The notes under the pieces are model-generated. The model did not search any database. It was not told the DNA's origin and was given only the letters and a program-made list of their open reading frames with translations. A program made the position numbers and the translations under genes. From NCBI GenBank assembly GCA_028820455.1, contig JAPPJC010000057.1, positions 43,608 to 105,859 of the forward strand: a stretch of 62,252 bases of DNA, read 5' to 3'. Shown in pieces: positions 8,005 to 18,048 of the stretch. The first letter of the stretch is position 1; the number at the start of each line of letters is the position of its first letter. Source of the stretch: Acidimicrobiaceae bacterium (GTDB lineage Bacteria > Actinomycetota > Acidimicrobiia > Acidimicrobiales > Aldehydirespiratoraceae).

Positions 8005-10977
8005 TTAACGTAGAATACCGATCTCACCTGGTGTCCACACGATGTCCGCCAAGAATCCCCAGCAGGTTATGAGACCGTCGGCGCGCAGACCGCATGCACG
8101 TGAGCTGCCCGCTGATACAGCGGAGTATTGTCCATCGGATGGGTCTGTCTCATAGTCGTCTTTGCCCCAGCAGTTGATGGTACGGTTGGTTCTGAGTCCG
8201 CAGGAGTGTCCATCGCCGGCGGCGACAGCGAGGAAATGTCCGTCGGGTGCCTCTGTTGCTCCGTAATGGTTCGCGCCCCAGCAGGTTATGACACCGTTGG
8301 TGCGCAGAGCACATGAGTGGCCGTCTCCTGCCGCCACAGCGGTGTATTGCCCGTCGGGTGGGTCTGTTAGACCGTTGTAATCGCCGCCCCAGCAGTTGAT
8401 GGTACCGTCGGTGCGCAGACCGCAGGTATGTGAGCTGCCTGCTGACACTGCGGTGTACTGCCCATCGGGTGATTCTGCCTGACCGTAGTACTCTGGGTGC
8501 CAGCAGTTACTGGCACAAATGTTGCTACCCCAGCAGTTGATGGCACCGTCGGTGCGCAGAGCACATGAGTGGCTGTCTCCGGTCGTTACAGCGGTGTATT
8601 GCCCGTCGGGTGGGTCTGCTTTGCCGTGGTAGTTGTTTCCCCAGCAGTTGATGGTACCGTCGGTGCGCAGACCACATGAATGGGTGCCTTCATTTAAGGA
8701 GAAGTCATCGTATCTGCTAACGGCCACAGCGGTGTATTGCCCGTCGGGTGGGTCTGCTTTGCCGTGGTAGTTGTCGCTCCAGCAGTTGACGATACCGTCG
8801 GTGCGCAAACCACACAAGTAGTTACCGCCTGCTGACACTGCGGTGTACTGTCCATCGGGAGTGCTTGCCCGCCCGTCGCTATTGTTGCCCCAGCAGACGG
8901 CGGTACCTTCGATACTGAGTGCGCAGGAAACGCGAGATCCGGCGGTGATCGCGGTGTATTGTCCATCAGGTGGGTTTGTTTGGCCGTATGTGTTGTAGCC
9001 CCAGCAGGTGATAGTGCGATCAATTCGCAACGCGCAGGAATGATCGTAGCCGATGGCTACAGCGGTATGGTACCCATCGGGTGGTCTAGCCCAGTCGTTT
9101 GAGGGGTTGTCGGGGTCGGGGTAGTTGCCCCAACAATCAATGGTGTAGTCGATTCTTACAGCGCACGAATAGTAGCCACCGGCTGCTACATCGATGAACC
9201 GGCCAACAACAGGAGCGTTGATTTGACTCCTGATGTTCTCGCCGTCACCCCAACAGGTGATAGTAAGGTCGACACGTAAAGCGCATGTATGCTCAGCGCC
9301 TGCGGCAACGGCGGTGTAACTGCCGGATGGTGGATCGGTTCGTTTATCGTCCGCTAAACCCCAACAGACGATGGTGTCATCGGTGCGCAGCGCACATGAA
9401 TGATACCGACCTGCGGTAATGTCGCTGTATTGTCCATCTGGCACCTCGGAGAAATTGGGATCCCAGCAGTTGATGGTACGGTTGATGTGCAAAGCGCACG
9501 TGTGGTTCCAGCCAGCAGCGAAAGAGGTGTAATGTCCCTCAGGTGCGACAGCATCGACCACTTCATCGTAATCATGGGTGTAGTACAGATAGTAGCCCTC
9601 ACAACTGACGGTGCTATCCTGGCGAAGCACACAGGTGTAGGTCTCGCCGACAGCGATGAATTCGCCTCCGTCAGTCGCTGGGACGGACACATCGAGAAAA
9701 TCCCATTCTGTGTCTTCGACCGCTGATTCGCCACCGAGTTCGGAATCGAGTTCGAGGATGCCTGGGCCGAATTGCCCGCTTGGTGCGTCAATGTCAACGC
9801 AATCGATGGTACCGTCCGTGCGCAGCGCACAACCGCCGATCCTGAAATCGGGGGTCCTGTACGTAGAGACAGCCACGTACTCGCCACTGAACACTTCAGC
9901 CACCCCATCGGAAATCAAACCCCAGCAAATAAGAGAGCGATCAATGCGCACGCCACAAGTGTGATAGTCGCCTGCGCTGATTGCAAGATATTCGTGATCT
10001 GGAACCCTGACCACATACTTGCTACCGCCGCTACCCCAGCATGCTACGGTGCGATCAATGCGCAACGCACATGAATGCTCACGCCCACTTGTGACAGCGG
10101 TGAATGCCCCACTCGGTGCATCTGTGCTTCCATTGTGGTTGTAGCCCCAGCAGGTGACAGTTCTGTCGATGCGCACTCCGCACGTGTGATTATGACCCGC
10201 ACTGACTGCTACGAACTCATCTGAAGGCACTTCGATGGGTTCATCGACGAGCACATCGGTGGATTCATCGATTGCGTCCCGAAATCGGATGTCCCAGCAA
10301 GCGACTGTCCTATCTATGCGAATCCCACACACATGGAAACCACCGACAGTCACTGCTACAAACTCCCCATCGGGAACGTCAGCCTCATTGTAGGAGTCAG
10401 AGCCCCAACACGTGATGGTTCTGTTACTGCGCACTGCACAGGAGGTGTGATTGTTTGTACTAACACCGATGAAAACACCGTCAGGCGGATTGTCTTGGCC
10501 ATCACCTTGTTTGTTCCAGCAAGCGATGGTGTTGTCAACCCGCAGCGCGCACACACCGCCGTTACCGGCTGAGATGATGCCCCCACCGTCGAAAGCAGGG
10601 TTGAAAGCACCCGACACATCAACTGGCTCGGATATCTCCACGAATTCGGTATCCGAATCAGTTACAGCTGTTGTGGTTGGTTGTTCAGAAACGGCGGTCG
10701 TGGTTGGTCGTTCAGAAGTATCAGAAGTAGTTGTGGTTGGTTGCTCAGAAGCTGTATCGGAGTCAATATCTTGTGATTTGAGCAGACCAGCTTCAGACTC
10801 AGTCTCAGTTCCCGTTTCCTCAATTCCCGTTTCGGCCTCTGACTCGTTTTGCCGTGTCACAACATCATCAGCACTACACCCCGATGCGAGCAACATCGAT
10901 ACAGCAAACATTGATAAAGTGCGTATAGTTGTTATCTTCTTCTCATTTCTTCCGGGTATCGATCTGGAGCACGACAT
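8005..10977 (-). CDS. Secreted lipoprotein with many RCC1-like beta-propeller repeats
   Basis: Over 15 repeats of the H(S/T)C(A/G)LR.D.T(I/V).CWG pattern. Lipobox LLASGC follows the internal Met at 10911 (MFAVSMLLASGCSAD), which is the likely true start. Confidence 0.85.
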   Translation of the reverse strand: MSCSRSIPGRNEKKITTIRTLSMFAVSMLLASGCSADDVVTRQNESEAETGIEETGTETESEAGLLKSQDIDSDTASEQPTTTTSDTSERPTTTAVSEQPTTTAVTDSDTEFVEISEPVDVSGAFNPAFDGGGIISAGNGGVCALRVDNTIACWNKQGDGQDNPPDGVFIGVSTNNHTSCAVRSNRTITCWGSDSYNEADVPDGEFVAVTVGGFHVCGIRIDRTVACWDIRFRDAIDESTDVLVDEPIEVPSDEFVAVSAGHNHTCGVRIDRTVTCWGYNHNGSTDAPSGAFTAVTSGREHSCALRIDRTVACWGSGGSKYVVRVPDHEYLAISAGDYHTCGVRIDRSLICWGLISDGVAEVFSGEYVAVSTYRTPDFRIGGCALRTDGTIDCVDIDAPSGQFGPGILELDSELGGESAVEDTEWDFLDVSVPATDGGEFIAVGETYTCVLRQDSTVSCEGYYLYYTHDYDEVVDAVAPEGHYTSFAAGWNHTCALHINRTINCWDPNFSEVPDGQYSDITAGRYHSCALRTDDTIVCWGLADDKRTDPPSGSYTAVAAGAEHTCALRVDLTITCWGDGENIRSQINAPVVGRFIDVAAGGYYSCAVRIDYTIDCWGNYPDPDNPSNDWARPPDGYHTAVAIGYDHSCALRIDRTITCWGYNTYGQTNPPDGQYTAITAGSRVSCALSIEGTAVCWGNNSDGRASTPDGQYTAVSAGGNYLCGLRTDGIVNCWSDNYHGKADPPDGQYTAVAVSRYDDFSLNEGTHSCGLRTDGTINCWGNNYHGKADPPDGQYTAVTTGDSHSCALRTDGAINCWGSNICASNCWHPEYYGQAESPDGQYTAVSAGSSHTCGLRTDGTINCWGGDYNGLTDPPDGQYTAVAAGDGHSCALRTNGVITCWGANHYGATEAPDGHFLAVAAGDGHSCGLRTNRTINCWGKDDYETDPSDGQYSAVSAGSSRACGLRADGLITCWGFLADIVWTPGEIGILR

Positions 10978-11261
10978 TATTCTCTATCATACCAACTGGA
11001 TGGGCTGCAGAGTTTGTGGCCTGTTTCCAGTGATCTCCAAATGTTGAGGACGACTACTTTCAATCTCGGATCGGGTTTGTTCAGTGGCGAACTTGCTGGG
11101 AAACTTACGATCTTCGCGTCGGGAAAACAATCGAATACTGTCTGCCACTTCGGAGCGGCGTTGTGGTGGCCTTCGTCAATGAGGATCAGATCAGAGAAAT
11201 CTTCAGCGAAATTCGTAAGCCAGTGATCAACTCGTTGGGCAAGCTGATGGATATTGGTCAC
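10977..11261 (-). pseudogene. Fragment of a DEAD/DEAH (ResIII-type) helicase
   Basis: Only 94 aa remain. DLILIDEGHHNAAPKWQTVFDCFPDAKIV is a helicase motif II region with no motif I and no C-terminal domain. Confidence 0.55.
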
Positions 11262-11323
11262 AACGCTGTGTGTGTGTCGGTGGCGTCTTCCAAGTTCGCA
11301 TCAGAGTCCGAAACGGCTCTAGG

Positions 11324-11372
11324 TGTGATGACCGTGGACGTTGTATCCGGGTTGAGGGGGTAGTGGGGTGAG
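11324..11372 (+). repeat. Copy 2 of a ~45-nt dispersed boundary element
   Basis: tgtgatgaccgtggacgttgtatccgggttgagggggtagtggggtgag. Compare the copies at 6847 and 38044. Confidence 0.75.
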
Positions 11373-11603
11373 CATGATAGGTAAGTGCCGAACGTGTCAG
11401 GGTTGGGCAGCATCGGCTGTTGAGACTCAGGTGCTGATGGAGCGATAAACACGGTGGCAGCGGGGTTGGCACCACAGGTAATGAGCTCACTGGTTGCGGC
11501 TGGAGACACTCAGGCCACCCCCGAATAACATGGCAAGTGCGCGGAGTGCACAGTAACCGAAAACACTTCACTATCGTAAACGGCGTGGACTGTGCTTGGG
11601 TTG

Positions 11604-13487
11604 TTATCTTGTGGGCTTAGTGGAGTTAGCGGGTGTAGAGAGCCACGAATGGGCATCAGCGCATCCAAGCTCCATCGCCCTGTTGATGATACCTCCTACG
11701 AGTTCGTCGGATGCACGACCATGAAGCCGGCGAACCAACTTGCCTAATAGGCGGCGGCTAGGAGACCACAGACTGACGTTCCAGTCGGCGTCTGTGTGTT
11801 CACAAAGATGAAGCAGGAGTCGTGCTATTTCATCGGGATTCTTTTCAACAATCTCAGATTCATTCAGGTTGTACAGCAGTTTGTTTTGAGCCCGTAGACT
11901 AGCAGGGCGTTCGCAGGACATCCGGATGGCTTCCAGAGTGTTTGATCCCAGTTTCACTGTCAGTTCGGCAAAAGCACCTGCCTCAAGGCTTTGCAGCTGG
12001 TCTGGGATACCCTGCAATCGTTGTTGCCAGTATTGTTTGAGCCAGCCATCCCATACCTGGTTGATGGCGTTGTCATCCAATTCGGTGAAGGTTTCACTCA
12101 TAGCACAGATGAAGAGCACCCTGTTTTCATTTGACAATGCTGATGTAAGCTCAAGAAGCCACTCCGGCTTGCGGATGAGTTGATCAAAGTACATGCATAT
12201 GCCAAGCAGGTGAGAGCGGAGGAGGCTTATTTTAGCGGACCGGCCAAGTGGAGATGGTTCTGAGCCCTGATCGGGGTGGCCACCACAAACACGTCGGGTG
12301 ACTTCTAGGTACATTCTGTCGAGACCGGCTTCAAGCAGTCTATTGTTTGGCTTTCCCCAATACAGATAAGCACTCCAACATCTCCATGCCCTGTCGTCTT
12401 GCGGCTTGCTGTCAGGCTGGCCATTTGCAGCGGATGAAATCTCAAAGTCGAGCAAAGGCAGCACATGCTTTTCCGTCCACGCAGAGTCCGCACTGTCCAG
12501 CAACTGCAACCTAGTTACCAGTATGACCTCAACCATCCGACTGGCTTCCCGCGGAGCGTTCAACATGTCTTCCAAGTGAGATCGAACGTCTTGTGGCAAT
12601 CCAGACCATTCAGCACGGGCCTGTGAGCATTCTATGGCTATTGATTCCATCCAGAACTGAGTGATCACACCGACAGCATGATTGATCGCGTCCATGAGTG
12701 GATCCCATGTAGGCGGCGATATCTCATCAGTGACTACCGGTCCTATAGGGTTCGATATGATCATTTTCCAAAGATCTGTAGCGGCCCCACGCAGATTCCG
12801 ATGGAAGATGATATCCAGACTGTCACGAGCAGTGCTGACTTGTCGGCGAATGATTTCAGCCCACAATTTGAATGTCCTTTGCAATTTGAATATCCTTTGC
12901 GCTTCGGAGGTATCCAGCATGTCTGGGAGGATTCGCATGTGTCTGCGGAGCTGCTCGAATTGTTCGCAGTCAAGGGATATACTACCGAATGCTTCCAAAA
13001 CGGCCTCTACAACCACGAACTTCCGGTGATTATCTAGAATGTCGGATCTGTCTTCTATCAGAGCTGCCAGTAACTTCAAGGATGCTTTCGTGTCTTCGGT
13101 GGTGAGCATTGAGATCGAATGCTTAGCGTCATACCAGAAATCTGATAGGGGACTCGCATCCGGTGCTGACAAGAATATCTCTAGTGCTTTAGTCGTATCG
13201 GAGTTGATCAAACTGATGAACTCCTCGACCGGTATGATCGAAAGGGGAGCAACCTGACCAGATTCTCCTCTCCAAATATGAAAATCAGGATGAGAGGAGT
13301 CCTCGAAATCTGGATACTTTTCCCTGATCTCGGCAAGTGCCTGCTCTAATTTGGAACGTCGTCCACTGGTGTGCCGTCTATCAGCGGACATGTTTTCCTC
13401 TGCTCCAGGTGCACTGCCGTCTGTATGCGTATGCTCCTGTATCCAGCGAAGGACACTAAAGACCGAGTACGCTTCTATTCTAGACAT
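11604..13487 (-). CDS. Large hypothetical alpha-helical-repeat protein
   Basis: The track ORF is 11604-13553. ATG 13487 (MSRIEAY) overlaps the stop of the upstream ORF (13480) by 8 nt, suggesting translational coupling. No catalytic motif recognised. Confidence 0.55.
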   Translation of the reverse strand: MSRIEAYSVFSVLRWIQEHTHTDGSAPGAEENMSADRRHTSGRRSKLEQALAEIREKYPDFEDSSHPDFHIWRGESGQVAPLSIIPVEEFISLINSDTTKALEIFLSAPDASPLSDFWYDAKHSISMLTTEDTKASLKLLAALIEDRSDILDNHRKFVVVEAVLEAFGSISLDCEQFEQLRRHMRILPDMLDTSEAQRIFKLQRTFKLWAEIIRRQVSTARDSLDIIFHRNLRGAATDLWKMIISNPIGPVVTDEISPPTWDPLMDAINHAVGVITQFWMESIAIECSQARAEWSGLPQDVRSHLEDMLNAPREASRMVEVILVTRLQLLDSADSAWTEKHVLPLLDFEISSAANGQPDSKPQDDRAWRCWSAYLYWGKPNNRLLEAGLDRMYLEVTRRVCGGHPDQGSEPSPLGRSAKISLLRSHLLGICMYFDQLIRKPEWLLELTSALSNENRVLFICAMSETFTELDDNAINQVWDGWLKQYWQQRLQGIPDQLQSLEAGAFAELTVKLGSNTLEAIRMSCERPASLRAQNKLLYNLNESEIVEKNPDEIARLLLHLCEHTDADWNVSLWSPSRRLLGKLVRRLHGRASDELVGGIINRAMELGCADAHSWLSTPANSTKPTR

Positions 13488-14277
13488 CTCTGTTTTCCCC
13501 GTCATACTGTCTCCAACTAGCAAGCAGATGATCCACAAAACGATCAAGAGCATCAGCAGATATCGTGGGTACCAATTCAGCCATCAGATGATATACCTCA
13601 TGGTGGAGGTGGATATCGTCTAACAGGTTGAGCTCTACTATCATCTGCATGCGATGATCAGCAGATCGCGAGGCATCGTGTTCGAGGCCGTGCACTGCAA
13701 TACGCCGGAGCAACGGCACATCGGACTTCAAAGCCCTGTCAATCCATAGTCTAGCATCTTGAGGATCGACCACGATCAGACGGATAAGAGAATCCCGAGC
13801 GAAGTCGATCACATCATCTGCGACTGTTCTGATGCTGTCTTGTGAGTGTCGCTCAATAGCACTTCTCTTAAAAGACATTCTGTCAGATAGGTTCTCTGTA
13901 CTATTGAGATGGAAAGATGCGAGTTGCTGGAAAGCTCTTGTGATATGTTCACAGGCGATCTCCAAGAGATGTACCGGGGCAACATCAATCCAAGCTTGCA
14001 CTAAACTGTTCATCTGTATCTCACCATCATTTTCCTGGCGAAGAAATGAGTCGTAGCCACTATCAGATATGCGCAGTTGCGGCGGTAGGTTGGATACAAG
14101 TGTCGGCTTCGGCTGAAAATCAAAACGTAGAATCTGCTGCCACAACACCAATCCTGCATACTTGTGCGAATCGCTAGGACAGCGTTCCAAAACTCGCAGC
14201 AACAGTAGCTGTGAACGTGACACATCCAACTGGTTGCTGCTTTGAAGAGAGTGATCTCTTCCATCCTGAGCTACCAC
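13480..14277 (-). CDS. Hypothetical helical protein, probably 5'-truncated
   Basis: The ORF opens with a GTG right at the junction with an opposite-strand gp37-like fragment. HEAT-like segments (VPLLRRIAVHGLEHD...). Confidence 0.4.
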   Translation of the reverse strand: MVAQDGRDHSLQSSNQLDVSRSQLLLLRVLERCPSDSHKYAGLVLWQQILRFDFQPKPTLVSNLPPQLRISDSGYDSFLRQENDGEIQMNSLVQAWIDVAPVHLLEIACEHITRAFQQLASFHLNSTENLSDRMSFKRSAIERHSQDSIRTVADDVIDFARDSLIRLIVVDPQDARLWIDRALKSDVPLLRRIAVHGLEHDASRSADHRMQMIVELNLLDDIHLHHEVYHLMAELVPTISADALDRFVDHLLASWRQYDGENRDV

Positions 14278-14396
14278 TGGAGCTCATACAACGGGTCTTC
14301 TCCGTGATGTCTGACACTCTACGGCATACCTCCTACCAGGTGCTCACCAAGCGTTCCAAACGGCTCACAGTATTCGCTAAACAATGGAGGAGGTAG
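14247..14396 (+). pseudogene. Diverged internal fragment of a second Gp37/Gp68-family gene
   Basis: [44 protein letters not shown] aligns with [43 protein letters not shown] of the 3629-4375 protein. Both the N- and C-terminal parts are absent. Confidence 0.8.
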
Positions 14397-14546
14397 AACC
14401 CTAAAAGTTGGTGGCTGTGAATTGGGCTGCGTCTACTATGATGGTATGTCTGCGATGACACGAAATAAGAGGGTATCCACCCGTGGAGATCCACGGTATA
14501 ATCTCATTAGGTCACTGTTCATGCGGTGTCATGAGGAAGGAAGCAA

Positions 14547-14786
14547 GTGGAAAGGATTGTGCGTATATCCGAGCGAGGTCGAATAACGATCCCCAAGTCT
14601 CTGCGAGACCGCTTCGGTTTGGATCACGAAGCGGAGGTTGATATCATTCCCACCGAACAGGGTCTACTGCTTCAGAAGCGGACATCAGCTCAGCATCCAG
14701 TGGAGCGTGTCTACGGCATCCTCGACGGTGTGGTTGTTGATGGAGTGGATGTTGACGATTATATTGAGGATATCCGGGGACAGTGA
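14547..14786 (+). CDS. vapB: AbrB/SpoVT-type antitoxin VapB
   Basis: RISERGRITIPKSLRDRFGL motif. 4-nt overlap with the downstream PIN gene. Confidence 0.8.
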   Translation: MERIVRISERGRITIPKSLRDRFGLDHEAEVDIIPTEQGLLLQKRTSAQHPVERVYGILDGVVVDGVDVDDYIEDIRGQ

Positions 14787-15178
14787 TCACGGCTGTTGAC
14801 ACGAATATGTTGCTCGATGTCTTCACAGCAGACAAGACTCATGGTCTGGAGTCAATGCAACAGCTACGCAGAATTTGCGATATGGGAACCGTCGTCATAT
14901 GCGATATCGTTTATGCTGAGCTGGTTCCGGCGTTCGGTGAACAGGCTGTGTTGGACTCGGCCTTGCGTGAGATCAGCGTCTCTCTTTCCCCGATCAATAA
15001 GGAGATCGCCTATGAAGCGGGGCTGCGCTGGCAGCGATACCGTGAATCTGGTGGCCCTCGAACACGGATCATCACCGATTTTTTGATAGGAGCGCATGGT
15101 ATCGTCGCAGCAGATGCCTTCCTCACGCGAGATCGAGGCTTCTACACGGCTTATTTCCCCGAGTTGCAGCAACCCTGA
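14783..15178 (+). CDS. vapC: PIN-domain toxin VapC
   Basis: MITAVDTNMLLDVF..., a later DFLIGAH, and the typical length of 131 aa. Confidence 0.8.
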   Translation: MITAVDTNMLLDVFTADKTHGLESMQQLRRICDMGTVVICDIVYAELVPAFGEQAVLDSALREISVSLSPINKEIAYEAGLRWQRYRESGGPRTRIITDFLIGAHGIVAADAFLTRDRGFYTAYFPELQQP

Positions 15179-15542
15179 GTGCCAACACTGCCAACACTGG
15201 GCAAGATCTATTGAATCTTGAGGTATTGCGCCCAGGCGGTTAAGAGGCCTCACACCCGGCAACGGTAGCGGCAGCCCACCCTGAAGTCAGCATGCGGGCT
15301 TTATGGGTCATATGGCAGAATCTCACACGGTAGAACCGTTATCAGCATTGAGCCTTCAGCGTAGGATTCTTCTTCGTGTAGCTACTGTTGAAGCGTTCGT
15401 TGTTTTTGGTATACTTGGTGTTGCCGAGAGCATTAGCTTGCGGAAGTAGGCCCGGCTCCCCTCCGGACGGTGGGCGGCCGGGTTTTGCGTGTCCAGCCGG
15501 ATTTGTCGAACCGGATCGACTATATCGAAACTGATTCGTGGA

Positions 15543-16073
15543 CTAAGCTCGCCACACACGAGACATCACACCTGCATCTCTTAGCGTCTGTCTCCAGTGT
15601 CCACCTCGACCCCATGCCCAGGCCACAGCATCAGACACCCAGAGCAGAGGTTCACTGGCTCCTTCAAGATGGGAGTACTCGAAAGGCGGCCGCCCTTTGT
15701 GTCGCAAGACTCTGTGGATGATTGTCCTATCTCGGTTGTCCTGACTACGACGAGATTCCAAAACCAGCCGTGTCACATCACAGTAGCTCAGATGAGCGAC
15801 CATCTCTTCAAGTGTTACAGCGCGGGCAGCGATCTGATCGCGGTCCACTGTTGTGCAGAGCATTGAGTTCAAGCCGAGGGCAGTGATCCTGGAGAGAAGG
15901 AATCGTCGCCGTTTGTTGTTTTCATGGCGGAAATGAATGCGCCGTTGCCCTTGGATTCTCAGTGACCGCAGAGTCCGGCGGGTGTCCACAAGCTCGCTTG
16001 CGGGGATAAGCGTTGCACAGATAAGGTATTCATGGCCACGAACGGATTCATCAACGAAAGCGTGCAAGCTCAC
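15543..16073 (-). CDS. Hypothetical protein (DUF3800-like N-terminal FVDES motif; weak)
   Basis: 176-aa ORF beginning MSLHAFVDESVRGHEYLICATL. Two small same-strand ORFs lie upstream (16107-16292 and 16268-16540). Confidence 0.4.
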   Translation of the reverse strand: MSLHAFVDESVRGHEYLICATLIPASELVDTRRTLRSLRIQGQRRIHFRHENNKRRRFLLSRITALGLNSMLCTTVDRDQIAARAVTLEEMVAHLSYCDVTRLVLESRRSQDNRDRTIIHRVLRHKGRPPFEYSHLEGASEPLLWVSDAVAWAWGRGGHWRQTLRDAGVMSRVWRA

Positions 16074-16831
16074 AGTCGTAGAGATGCCTAACAGCTCAAA
16101 CTCTGATCATTCCAGGCCAGAATGAAAGCACTTCGCTTCTTCATCCTCCTTACGGGCTTCCATTTCATAGCTATCTGCTAGCGTCCGCAAGATCGTTGCT
16201 GTACGCGGCCACTGAGATCCCATACGTTTTGCCTCACGCGAATACTCGGCCGCGAGTTCTCGTCTAGTCAGCGGATGTCTTCTGTATAACATTCTTGCTC
16301 ACGGAGATCTCCCACAAGCGATAATCCGGCAGGCACCCACGATGTGGCCTTCGTCGATCTCACGATGCCATCCCATACCGACTGTGCAGTCCCTTCACTC
16401 GCAGACATATCGATCTCTACCAAACCCGGTGTGGCCTCCAAGATCGACTGTCGGATGAGAGGTGGCAGTTTATAGTTCACCGATACTTGGCCCGCCCACG
16501 CTGTGAGTTGTAACCGCTCTACTCCAGCCAGTATAGACATCGTTCATCTCCATCCATAATCTATTAACCGAGACCTGATGAGTTCACTCTAAGATATTCT
16601 AATATTTTAGAATCTTATTCATGATTCAACTGTTTTTATTGTTATTCTCTCTATTTAAGGATCCTCTGTGACATTTGATCGCACGTCCACAGATGATGTA
16701 GCTAACAGCATGTTCACAACGAACTTCTCGAGTGTCATCCACGGGAGATTCTAGGGACTATAGGCCAACAAAGATTGATGAGTTGTTTCACAACCGCTGC
16801 AAGGAGAAAAACATATGCGTCTGAAAGCACT

Positions 16832-17053
16832 ATGGACAAAGTTGTGGGGGGGGGGGGGGGAGGCTCAAAGGCAGGGGAGCTTCTTTCTATCGGAGAGTGG
16901 TTAAAGTCCTCCGTCAAAGAGGTCAAAGAGAGAGTCGGCAAAGTGATAACAAAGGTTCGGTGGCTGTTGCATCTCAGCATCATGCTATTGATCCTCAGTA
17001 TCGTACTAATTTTTATGGGGATTATATATTTAGGTCTAAACATATTTAGTTAG
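16832..17053 (+). CDS. Small protein with a Gly run and a C-terminal transmembrane helix. Putative only.
   Basis: MDKVVGGGGGGSKAGELL...LLHLSIMLLILSIVLIFMGIIYLGL. A better SD (AAGGAG) serves ATG 16815, which is in another frame upstream of the G-tract. Confidence 0.3.
   Translation: MDKVVGGGGGGSKAGELLSIGEWLKSSVKEVKERVGKVITKVRWLLHLSIMLLILSIVLIFMGIIYLGLNIFS
16846..16860. repeat. Homopolymeric G15 tract
   Basis: Counted directly: 15 consecutive G in an AT-rich segment. It lies inside overlapping small ORFs. Confidence 0.95.
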
Positions 17054-17230
17054 ACGAAATGAGTGTATGAGGTTTTCTGTGGGTAGTGGGTTTATCGGAT
17101 TTTTCTTGTTAGCTTTAGTGTCATACCCCGTGTGTGCTATAGGGGTATGAGCAGGGCACCAGGTAAATCCGACAGAAAAGGAGTGAGCTTGCTGGAACTA
17201 GCTGGACTGTTCCCCCCGATGAACAAGTTG

Positions 17231-17640
17231 CTAATTGTGTGTTTCGCATGGGTTGTATCCGATGGTGGATGCGGAGGTGGCCCCTTTTGAGTGTGCTGTG
17301 GTTCTGTGTTGATTGTAGTAGTGCTGGAAGCCTTTGTGGGCTGTTGTGCGTTGTTTTTGTGAGGTCCAGGGTCGCGTGTAGGCCCATTCTTCGAGTAGGA
17401 TCCGGTGGAAGCGTTCGACAGTCCCCACCGTCTGGTATGGAGGCTAGTTTTTTGACGTCTACGTGAACAAGCTCACCGGGTCGTTCGCGTACGTAACGTT
17501 TTGGGGGTGTCCGTGTGGCACGACCGGCGCGTCTGAGCAGACCCAGGCCAGCGTTGTTGAGGATCTTCTGCACTGTGGAAGCCACTAAAGGCGATTTCGT
17601 GTCCGATCCACGCCGCACCCCGACGGCGGTGCTGGCGTAG
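17231..17640 (-). mobile_element. IS481-family transposase remnant lacking the catalytic core
   Basis: STVQKILNNAGL...KRYVRERPGELVHVDVKKLASIPDGG (N-terminal part) jumps to another frame with GTVERFHRILLEEWAYTRPWTSQKQR...YYNQHR (the C-terminal end of the rve domain). The DDE core in between is missing. Confidence 0.7.
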
Positions 17641-17683
17641 TTCTATCACTTCAGCTTGTTTAGTGAAGAAGCACTTCTAGCCG

Positions 17684-17783
17684 CGATACGGTTACGTCGC
17701 AGCAGCCGCACAACCGATAGTTTGTGATTCTGGCATAGTACCAACTCACGATTAGGGCATTCCTGCTAGGGCATTCCTGCGTG
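17684..17783 (+). repeat. Copy A (degenerate) of a ~95-nt direct repeat (copy B at 54154-54244)
   Basis: gatacggttacgtcgcagcagccgcacaaccgatagtttgtgattctggcatagtaccaactcacgat..ggcattcctgcgtg compared with ctatacggctacgtcgcagcggccgtacggtcgacagtttgtgattctggcatagtgccaactcacgat..ggcattcctgcgtg. Confidence 0.85.
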
Positions 17784-18048
17784 CTTCAGCACCTTGACTT
17801 TCCGAACAGATTGCTAACCCGCTGAGGCCGACAGATCATGGGTGTTCTCATCGCTCACTACGGTCATCGCATGTAACCAGCCTTTTTCTTCAGAGGCTGG
17901 CAACCGCAATTAGATCCTACGGCCCCCGCAAGTAACCGACCACAGGAGAACCAGAGAACCAGAGCTATTTATCGGCGTGGTCGCGAGTATCCTTACGTCG
18001 GTTAGAATAGTCTGGCCTACTACCGTTTGATACCTGGAGGGATTGTTT

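Noticed and set aside
8005-10977. Periodic nucleotide repeats in this region as a noncoding tandem array
   Set aside because: The periodicity is the coding RCC1 blade repeat of a single long ORF.
17121-17618. 165-aa ORF as an intact gene
   Set aside because: It reads through a transposase remnant. Only its first third matches IS481 transposases, and the true C-terminal segment lies in another frame (17231-17428).
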